From: Schaalia odontolytica
GTDB lineage: Bacteria > Actinomycetota > Actinomycetes > Actinomycetales > Actinomycetaceae
Assembly: GCF_005696695.1 (NCBI RefSeq)
Contig: NZ_CP040006.1
Coordinates: forward strand, 1,920,001 to 1,952,000
DNA: 32,000 nt
Reading direction: 5' to 3'
The position numbers and the translations under genes are program-made. Of this stretch, positions 25,887 through 32,000 are shown one piece after another (the first letter of the stretch is position 1; the number at the start of each line of letters is the position of its first letter). Under the pieces are notes generated by a model. That model was not told the DNA's origin and made no database searches. It worked only from the letters and a program-made list of their open reading frames with translations.

Positions 25887-27175
25887 TTCAGGAATCCTTC
25901 ATAGTGATGCTGCTGCAGCTGCGTGTTGATTTCCTTCACCGTCTGCAGACCAACGCCGATGATGATGAGCAGCGTGGTGCCACCGAAGGGCATCTGCGAG
26001 CTCGAGAGCTTCAGCGGAATGATCGCGAGAGACGGCAGGAGGGCGATAATCACCAGGTAGAGGGCGCCCGCCGACGTGATTCGGTTAATCACGTAGCGCA
26101 GGTACTCAGCCGTGGGACGACCCGCACGGTAACCGGGGATGAAGCCTCCGTACTTCTTCATGTTGTCCGCAACCTCGTCCGGGTTGAACGTGATAGCGGT
26201 GTAGAAGAAGGTGAAGAACAGAGTCATGAGGGCGTAGATCGTCAGGTAGAACGAGCTGCCCTGCGTGAAGTGCGCGGAGATCCACTGAACCCACGCGTCG
26301 TTCGGCTTGCCAAACTGCGCCGCCATCGGGGGCAGGGCGAGAATCGACGACGCGAAGATGACGGGAATAACGCCCGACATGTTGATCTTCAGCGGAATAT
26401 ACGTGGTGGTGCCGCCGTACTGGCGACGCCCAATCATGCGCTTGGCGTACTGGACCGGGATGCGGCGCTGGGCCTGCTCAACGTAGACGACAGCGATCGC
26501 GACGAGGAGAAGCAGGGCGACGATAGCGGCGACCGAACCCCACTTGCCGGCCTGGCCGATCGACAGGAGCTGCTCGGGCAGACGGGCCGCGATCGACGTG
26601 AAGATCAGCAGCGACATGCCGTTACCGATGCCGCGCTCAGTGATAAGCTCGCCGAGCCACATGATGACGCCGGTGCCGGCCATCATGACGATGATCATCA
26701 TGATGAACGTCAGAACAGAGCGATCCTTAATGATGTCCTGGTTGCACGACTGGAACAGCTGACCGCTACGCGCGAGTGAGATCGTCGTGGTCGCCTGGAG
26801 GATACCCAGGAAGATCGTGAGGTAACGCGTGTACTGCGTCAGCTTGGCCTGGCCCGTCTGGCCTTCCTTGTGAAGGTCGTCGAAGCGAGGAATGACCACC
26901 CTCAACAGCTGAATGATGATCGACGCGGTGATGTACGGCATGATGCCGAGCGCGAAGATCGAGAGCTGCAGGAGCGCTCCACCCGAGAACAGGTTGACGA
27001 GGTCGAGCAGCGACGCCTGCGACTCCTGCGCCATACAGCGCTGGACGGCCTGAGAGTCCACACCGGGCGTCGGAATGAACGAACCCAGCCGGAACGCGGC
27101 CATGATGAACAGGGTAAACAGCAGCTTCCGACGCAAGTCGGGGGTACGGAACGCCTGGGCGAATGCACCGAGCAA
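25883..27175 (-). CDS. secY: preprotein translocase subunit SecY
   Basis: 430 aa, 10 TM-type segments, LFSGGALLQLSIFALGIMPYITASII signature. TTG start at 27175 with AGGAGG 5 nt upstream. Confidence 0.96.
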   Translation of the reverse strand: MLGAFAQAFRTPDLRRKLLFTLFIMAAFRLGSFIPTPGVDSQAVQRCMAQESQASLLDLVNLFSGGALLQLSIFALGIMPYITASIIIQLLRVVIPRFDDLHKEGQTGQAKLTQYTRYLTIFLGILQATTTISLARSGQLFQSCNQDIIKDRSVLTFIMMIIVMMAGTGVIMWLGELITERGIGNGMSLLIFTSIAARLPEQLLSIGQAGKWGSVAAIVALLLLVAIAVVYVEQAQRRIPVQYAKRMIGRRQYGGTTTYIPLKINMSGVIPVIFASSILALPPMAAQFGKPNDAWVQWISAHFTQGSSFYLTIYALMTLFFTFFYTAITFNPDEVADNMKKYGGFIPGYRAGRPTAEYLRYVINRITSAGALYLVIIALLPSLAIIPLKLSSSQMPFGGTTLLIIIGVGLQTVKEINTQLQQHHYEGFLK

Positions 27176-27310
27176 GGCTTCCTCCTACGGGTGATGGGCA
27201 TGCGGGGCAAAGCCCCTAGACTGATCCAGCTTACCCGACACGGGTAGTGGTTGGCGATATCCAATCATTAAAAAAGCGCATTGCCGCGTATTTAACGAGA
27301 CGCGACGCGC

Positions 27311-27331
27311 AAAAGCCCCATGTGCTGGGGC
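27311..27331 (-). terminator. canonical short intrinsic terminator-like hairpin (H3) in the rplO-secY spacer
   Basis: The minus-strand RNA reads GCCCCA-GCACA-UGGGGC followed directly by UUUUG. Confidence 0.5.
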
Positions 27332-27338
27332 AAGTCGG

Positions 27339-27381
27339 TTTCGCGGGTGAAAAACACTTTGACAGCTCTTCACCCGCGAAA
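27339..27381 (-). other. 13-bp stem / 17-nt loop hairpin (H2) in the rplO-secY spacer
   Basis: TTTCGCGGGTGAA (27339-27351) pairs with TTCACCCGCGAAA (27369-27381). No coding potential. Confidence 0.45.
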
Positions 27382-27393
27382 ACACAGACACGT

Positions 27394-27427
27394 AACGGGG
27401 GTGGTCCCTCGCGGGACCACCCCCGTT
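27394..27427 (-). terminator. strong hairpin (H1) immediately after rplO
   Basis: Perfect 15-bp stem AACGGGGGTGGTCCC / GGGACCACCCCCGTT with loop TCGC, 6 nt downstream of the rplO stop (27433). Confidence 0.55.
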
Positions 27428-27432
27428 CAGCG

Positions 27433-27897
27433 TCAGCGAGCCGAGATGGACCCGCCGGCAGCCGTGATCTTCGCCTCGGCAGAGGACGACCAGGAGTCGA
27501 CCTCAACCTCGAGCTTGACGCTCAGTTCGCCGGTACCGAGCACCTTGACGGGCGCGGAGTCGCGAACGGCGTGCTTGGCGATGAGATCCTCGACCGTGAC
27601 CTTGCCGCCCTCGGGGAAGAGCTCCCCGAGCTTGCCAACGTTCACGACCTGGTACTCAACGCGGAAGGGGTTCTTGAAGCCGCGAAGCTTCGGCAGACGC
27701 ATGTGAATCGGCATCTGGCCACCCTCGAAGCCGGCAGCAACCTGGTAACGGGCCTTGGTGCCCTTGGTGCCACGGCCAGCGGTCTTACCCTTCGAACCTT
27801 CACCGCGACCCACGCGGGTCTTCGCGGTCTTGGCTCCCGGGGCAGGACGCAGGTGGTGCAGCTTAACGATCTGCGTCTTGTTCGTGGAGTCCGCCAT
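27433..27897 (-). CDS. rplO: 50S ribosomal protein L15
   Basis: [34 protein letters not shown] motif. Confidence 0.96.
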   Translation of the reverse strand: MADSTNKTQIVKLHHLRPAPGAKTAKTRVGRGEGSKGKTAGRGTKGTKARYQVAAGFEGGQMPIHMRLPKLRGFKNPFRVEYQVVNVGKLGELFPEGGKVTVEDLIAKHAVRDSAPVKVLGTGELSVKLEVEVDSWSSSAEAKITAAGGSISAR

Positions 27898-27899
27898 TG

Positions 27900-28085
27900 T
27901 CAGTCGACCTCCTCAGCGGTCACCAGGTGACGCACGGTGCGAACGGCGCCCAGAACGGCATCCGTCTGCTCACGCACGACACTCTGGCCGATCTTGCGCA
28001 GCCCGAGGGTGCGCAGCGTGTCCTTCATGTTCTGCTTCGCGTGAGCAGAGGACTTGATCTGCGTGATCTTGATGTTCTTCGCCAT
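27900..28085 (-). CDS. rpmD: 50S ribosomal protein L30
   Basis: [37 protein letters not shown]. The ATG at 28085 forms a TGATG overlap with the rpsE stop. The track start at 28088 is a GTG one codon upstream. Confidence 0.93.
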   Translation of the reverse strand: MAKNIKITQIKSSAHAKQNMKDTLRTLGLRKIGQSVVREQTDAVLGAVRTVRHLVTAEEVD

Positions 28086-28774
28086 CACTTAGCCTCCCCT
28101 GCAGCGGCCTTGTCGGCCTCGGCGGCCTCGGCAGCCGCGCGCTTCTCAGCCTCGCCCTCTGCGCGAGCGCGCAGCATGGACGCGGGAGCAACGCGCTCGA
28201 GGGGCAGGCCGCGACGTGCGGCGACAGCCTCGGGCTGCTCGAGCTGCTTGAGTGCGTCAACCGTCGCGTGGACGATGTTGATCGCGTTGGACGAGCCCAG
28301 CGACTTGGTGAGCACGTCGTGGACGCCTGCGGCCTCCAGGACGGCGCGCACCGGGCCGCCGGCGATAACGCCGGTACCGGGGGCAGCCGGACGCAGGAGG
28401 ACGACACCGGCGGTGTCGCGGCCCTGCACCACGTGCGTAATCGTGCGGCGGATCATCGGGACGCGGAAGAAGTTCTTCTTCGCCTCCTCGACGCCCTTGG
28501 AAATGGCCTGAGGAACTTCCTTGGCCTTTCCGTAGCCGACGCCCACCGTGCCTTCGCCGTCACCCACGACAACCAGGGCGGTGAAGGAGAAACGACGTCC
28601 ACCCTTCACAACCTTGGAGACGCGGTTAATCGTCACGACGCGCTCGATGTACTCGTTCTTGTTTTCGTTGTTCCGGCGGTTATCGCGATCGTTGCCGCGG
28701 CCGGAGCGGCGCTCACGGCGATCGTTGTTCTCGCCCGCGCCCGAACCGTTCCTGTCTCGCTGCTGTGCAGCCAT
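28085..28774 (-). CDS. rpsE: 30S ribosomal protein S5 (with charged N- and C-terminal extensions)
   Basis: [44 protein letters not shown] core. The ATG at 28774 ([10 protein letters not shown]) is preferred. The track extension to 28915 overlaps rplR. Confidence 0.94.
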   Translation of the reverse strand: MAAQQRDRNGSGAGENNDRRERRSGRGNDRDNRRNNENKNEYIERVVTINRVSKVVKGGRRFSFTALVVVGDGEGTVGVGYGKAKEVPQAISKGVEEAKKNFFRVPMIRRTITHVVQGRDTAGVVLLRPAAPGTGVIAGGPVRAVLEAAGVHDVLTKSLGSSNAINIVHATVDALKQLEQPEAVAARRGLPLERVAPASMLRARAEGEAEKRAAAEAAEADKAAAGEAK

Positions 28775-28802
28775 CAGATGATCTCTCTTTCTTTCGGCTC
28801 GT

Positions 28803-29174
28803 TCACAGCTCGAGTCCGCCCTCACGGGCGGCCTCGGCAACGGCCGCAACGCGACCTGCGTACTTGTTACCACCGCGGTCGAAGACGACAGCGGAGATAC
28901 CGGCAGCCTTCGCACGCTCGGCGATCAGTGCGCCGACCTTGCGAGCCTTGTCGGTCTTCGTGCCCTCGGAACCAGCGAGCTCGGTCTCGATGTCGGAGGC
29001 CGACACCAGGGTGTGACCAACCGTATCGTCGATGACCTGAGCCACCATGTGGCGGTTCGAACGGGTGACGACCAGACGGGGACGCTCGGGCGTGCCGTTG
29101 ATCTTCTTGCGGAGGCGGAGGTGACGGCGCTTGCGCGCGACGAACTTGCCCTTGCCCTTGATCGAGTAAGCCAT
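28803..29174 (-). CDS. rplR: 50S ribosomal protein L18
   Basis: [37 protein letters not shown]. The ATG at 29174 forms a TGATG overlap with the rplF stop. Confidence 0.95.
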   Translation of the reverse strand: MAYSIKGKGKFVARKRRHLRLRKKINGTPERPRLVVTRSNRHMVAQVIDDTVGHTLVSASDIETELAGSEGTKTDKARKVGALIAERAKAAGISAVVFDRGGNKYAGRVAAVAEAAREGGLEL

Positions 29175-29716
29175 CACTTACCAGCCTTTCCGACCTTGCG
29201 ACGGATGGTCTCGCCCACGTAGTGGATGCCCTTGCCCTTGTAGGGCTCCGGCTTCTTCAGCTTGCGGATGCGAGCAGCGGTCTCACCGACGAGCTGCTTG
29301 TCGATTCCGGACACCGTGAACAGCGTCTGGGACTTCGGCGCAATCGTGAACTCGATGCCCTCGGGCGGGGTGATGGTGATCGTGTGGGAGAAGCCCAGGG
29401 AGAACTCGAGGTCCTTGCCCTTGGCGACCACGCGGTAACCGGTACCCGTGATTTCGAGATCCTTCTTGTAGCCCTCGGTCACGCCGACGATCATGTTGGC
29501 GATCAGGGTGCGCGACAGTCCGTGGAGCGAACGCGAGGTGCGCTCGTCGTTCGGACGCTCGACGATAACCTGGCCGTCTTCGATCTTGGCGGTGATCGGC
29601 TCGGCAACGACGTGGGAGAGGGTGCCCTTGGGGCCCTTCACCGACACGTTCTGGCCGTCGATCGTGACGTCAACACCGGCGGGGATTGCGATGGGGTTCT
29701 TACCAATTCGCGACAT
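29174..29716 (-). CDS. rplF: 50S ribosomal protein L6
   Basis: [42 protein letters not shown]. Confidence 0.96.
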   Translation of the reverse strand: MSRIGKNPIAIPAGVDVTIDGQNVSVKGPKGTLSHVVAEPITAKIEDGQVIVERPNDERTSRSLHGLSRTLIANMIVGVTEGYKKDLEITGTGYRVVAKGKDLEFSLGFSHTITITPPEGIEFTIAPKSQTLFTVSGIDKQLVGETAARIRKLKKPEPYKGKGIHYVGETIRRKVGKAGK

Positions 29717-29731
29717 TGTTCAGCCTCCTCA

Positions 29732-30130
29732 TCACCAGATGTAGGCGAGGACTTCCCCACCCACACCCTTCTCGGCTGCCTGACGGTCGGTGAGCAGGCC
29801 GGAGGACGTGGACAGGATCGCCACGCCGAGGCCGCCGCGGACCTTGGGCAGGTTGGTGGACTTGGCGTACACGCGCAGACCAGGCTTGGACACGCGCTTG
29901 AGCCCCTGGATCGCGGCCTCGCGGTGCGAGCCGTACTTCAGGTTGATCGTCAGGGTCTTGCCCACGCGGGCATCCTCGACGGAGGTCGAGGCAATGTAGC
30001 CTTCCTCGACCAGGATGTTCGCAATCGCGTTCTTGAGCTTCGAGTACGGCATGGAGACCGCATCGTGGTGCGCACGAGTCGCGTTGCGCAGACGCGTCAG
30101 CATATCTGCAATCGGGTCTGTCATTGTCAT
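29732..30130 (-). CDS. rpsH: 30S ribosomal protein S8
   Basis: [45 protein letters not shown]. Confidence 0.96.
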   Translation of the reverse strand: MTMTDPIADMLTRLRNATRAHHDAVSMPYSKLKNAIANILVEEGYIASTSVEDARVGKTLTINLKYGSHREAAIQGLKRVSKPGLRVYAKSTNLPKVRGGLGVAILSTSSGLLTDRQAAEKGVGGEVLAYIW

Positions 30131-30192
30131 GGGGGTTTATTCCCCTTCCTCGTCGCGGTTTCTCCGGTTACCCGGGACCTGCGACGTTCGTT

Positions 30193-30378
30193 TTACCAGC
30201 TGCTCTTGGTGACACCGGGGAGTTCGCCACGGTGGGCGAGCTCGCGCAGGCACACGCGGCACAGTCCGAACTTGCGGTACACCGAGTGCGGACGACCGCA
30301 ACGGTTGCACCGGGTGTAGGCACGCACGCCGAACTTCGGCTTGCGGGCAGCCTTGACCTTCAGGGATGTCTTGGCCAT
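30193..30378 (-). CDS. rpsZ: 30S ribosomal protein S14, zinc-binding type Z
   Basis: 61 aa with the [20 protein letters not shown] Cys4 motif. Confidence 0.95.
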   Translation of the reverse strand: MAKTSLKVKAARKPKFGVRAYTRCNRCGRPHSVYRKFGLCRVCLRELAHRGELPGVTKSSW

Positions 30379-30381
30379 GGG

Positions 30382-30927
30382 TCAGTCCTCCTTGAACGGG
30401 AAGCCGAGGTGACGGAGAAGGGCGCGACCCTCTTCGTCGGTGGTGGCCGAGGTGACAACCGTGATGTCCATGCCGCGCACTCGGTCGATCGAGTCCTGAT
30501 CGATCTCGTGGAACATCGACTGTTCCGTGAGACCGAAGGTGTAGTTGCCGTGACCGTCGAACTGCTTAGAGGACAGTCCGCGGAAGTCACGGATACGGGG
30601 AAGCGCCGTCGAGAGGAGGCGATCCAGGAACTCCCACATGCGGTCACCGCGAAGCGTGACGTGCGCACCGATCGCCTGGCCCTCACGCAGCTTGAACTGC
30701 GCGATGGACTTCTTGGCGCGGGTGGTCACGGGCTTCTGGCCAGTGATCGCGGTGAGGTCGCGGAGCGCGCCCTCGAGTGCCTTCGAGTCGCGAGCGGCCT
30801 CGCCGACACCCATGTTGACAACGATCTTCGTCAGTCCGCCGACCTGCATGACGTTCTCGTGCTTGAACTCAGCACGGAGCGCCTCGCGGATCTCGGAGAC
30901 GTACTTTTCCTTCAGACGCGGGGCCAT
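30382..30927 (-). CDS. rplE: 50S ribosomal protein L5
   Basis: [46 protein letters not shown] motifs. Confidence 0.96.
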   Translation of the reverse strand: MAPRLKEKYVSEIREALRAEFKHENVMQVGGLTKIVVNMGVGEAARDSKALEGALRDLTAITGQKPVTTRAKKSIAQFKLREGQAIGAHVTLRGDRMWEFLDRLLSTALPRIRDFRGLSSKQFDGHGNYTFGLTEQSMFHEIDQDSIDRVRGMDITVVTSATTDEEGRALLRHLGFPFKED

Positions 30928-30929
30928 GC

Positions 30930-31361
30930 TCAGATCTCCTTGCCCTGCTCAACGCCGCGCTTCGCGCCACCACGAGCCACGCGGACTCGGACGGTGCGGG
31001 TGCGGCCGCCGCGCTCGACGGTGTCCTCGCGGAAACCGGCGCGAACGCGCTTCTTGGTCTCGGGGTCGACCAGTGCGACCTTGGACAGCGAGATGGGGGC
31101 CTCGATGGTCTCGATGCCGCCGGCGCTGCCCTGCTGGCCCTGGCGCACGTGGCGCGTCTTCAGGTTGATGCCCTCGACGAGGACCTTGCCCTCAGCCGGG
31201 AACACCTGGATGACGCGGCCCTGCTTGCCCTTGTCGCCGGGGGTCAGGGGCTCGAGGCCCTCTTCCGCACGGCGGGCGTTGCGCTCAGCCAGCGCCTTCT
31301 CGTCGGACGTGCGTCCGCGAACGACCTCGACGAGGTCATTCTTACGAATCTTGGCTGCCAT
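30930..31361 (-). CDS. rplX: 50S ribosomal protein L24 (unusually long, 143 aa)
   Basis: [39 protein letters not shown] (KOW region), split by an insertion of about 25 aa, plus a basic C-terminal extension. Confidence 0.93.
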   Translation of the reverse strand: MAAKIRKNDLVEVVRGRTSDEKALAERNARRAEEGLEPLTPGDKGKQGRVIQVFPAEGKVLVEGINLKTRHVRQGQQGSAGGIETIEAPISLSKVALVDPETKKRVRAGFREDTVERGGRTRTVRVRVARGGAKRGVEQGKEI

Positions 31362-31364
31362 GGA

Positions 31365-31733
31365 TCAGATCACCTCCGGAGCGAGGGAGACGATGCGCAT
31401 GAACTTCTTGTCACGCAGCTCGCGGCCCACGGGGCCGAAGATACGCGTGCCACGCGGCTCGCCATTGTTGTTGATGATGACGGCCGCATTCTCGTCGAAA
31501 CGAATGTAGGAACCGTCGGGGCGGCGGGTTTCCTTACGCGTGCGAACGATCACTGCCTTGACGACTTCGCCCTTCTTGACGTTGCCGCCGGGAATGGCGT
31601 CCTTCACGGTGGCGACAATCGTGTCGCCGATACCCGCGTAGCGCCGACCCGAGCCACCGAGAACACGGATGGTCAGGATCTCCTTGGCCCCTGTGTTGTC
31701 GGCGACCTTCAGTCGCGACTCCTGCTGAATCAT
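31365..31733 (-). CDS. rplN: 50S ribosomal protein L14
   Basis: [38 protein letters not shown]. Confidence 0.97.
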   Translation of the reverse strand: MIQQESRLKVADNTGAKEILTIRVLGGSGRRYAGIGDTIVATVKDAIPGGNVKKGEVVKAVIVRTRKETRRPDGSYIRFDENAAVIINNNGEPRGTRIFGPVGRELRDKKFMRIVSLAPEVI

Positions 31734-31821
31734 TTTCTATTGACTCCTGTCGTCGTGCCGGTTCTCTTCCGGATTCTACCGGTCGAGCCTTGCCGAACGG
31801 ATTTCGGTCTGTGAGCGAAGG

Positions 31822-32000
31822 TCACTTCGCCTTTTCGAGGATCTCCACAACGCGCCAGCGCTTGGTGGCCGACAGCGGGCGGGTCTCCATGATGAGGACG
31901 AGATCGCCGACGCCGCACTCGTTGTGCTCGTCGTGAACCTTGACCTTCTTGTTCTTGCGCATGACCTTGCCGTAGAGGGCGTGCTTGACGCGGTCCTCGA
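31822..32000 (-). CDS. rpsQ: 30S ribosomal protein S17 (N-terminal part outside the window)
   Basis: The minus strand reads ..[58 protein letters not shown] then TGA (stop at 31822-31824). Confidence 0.9.
   Translation of the reverse strand, partial: EDRVKHALYGKVMRKNKKVKVHDEHNECGVGDLVLIMETRPLSATKRWRVVEILEKAK

Noticed and set aside
27176-27432. Small protein-coding gene in the rplO-secY spacer (track ORFs 27185..27391 and 27231..27506, minus strand)
   Set aside because: Both ORFs overlap rplO or the hairpins, have no Shine-Dalgarno sequence, and give Arg/Pro-rich or otherwise atypical peptides. The region is better explained as structured RNA.

Overview
High-GC (roughly 65-68% by eye) actinobacterial chromosome segment. 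The gene content and order look Actinomycetaceae/Bifidobacteriaceae-like, but I cannot name the species. Almost everything is on the minus strand. The window has two parts. (1) Conserved housekeeping backbone: glmS (3' end cut by the window edge) and the divergent coaA at the left. From about 16.5 kb to the right edge come glmM, rpsI-rplM, truA, a ROK/PpgK-like kinase, and the alpha and spc ribosomal operons: rplQ-rpoA-rpsK-rpsM-rpmJ-infA, map-adk-secY, then rplO-rpmD-rpsE-rplR-rplF-rpsH-rpsZ-rplE-rplX-rplN and a partial rpsQ. (2) An accessory block of about 13.5 kb (2.8-16.3 kb) wedged between coaA and glmM. It holds a 1238-aa secreted multidomain glycan-active protein, a CUT1-type sugar ABC importer (lipoprotein binding protein plus two permeases, no ATPase gene), a GH2 LacZ-type beta-galactosidase and a divergent LacI-family repressor. 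Next to these sit an orphan lower-GC 310-aa hypothetical protein and a conserved-unknown TIM-barrel-like protein. The secreted protein carries two discoidin/CBM32-like modules, a cadherin-like beta-sandwich, a central core of about 490 aa that I cannot assign to a family, a Pro/Thr/Asp linker and choline-binding-type cell-wall repeats. A 14-bp palindrome, CTAACACGTGTTAG, occurs once perfectly and twice at 12/14, each copy exactly in one of the three control regions of the sugar locus. I read these as the LacI operators. Strong GC-rich hairpins mark most transcript ends. No tRNA, rRNA, CRISPR array, transposase or integrase was seen. The long + strand ORFs in the track are antisense shadows typical of high-GC DNA. 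The most interesting items are the unassigned catalytic core of the surface protein and its Firmicute-style wall anchor, the self-contained operator regulon, the two unknown-function genes at the island edge, and the structured non-coding spacers inside the ribosomal operons (rplO-secY, rpmJ-rpsM, map-infA).
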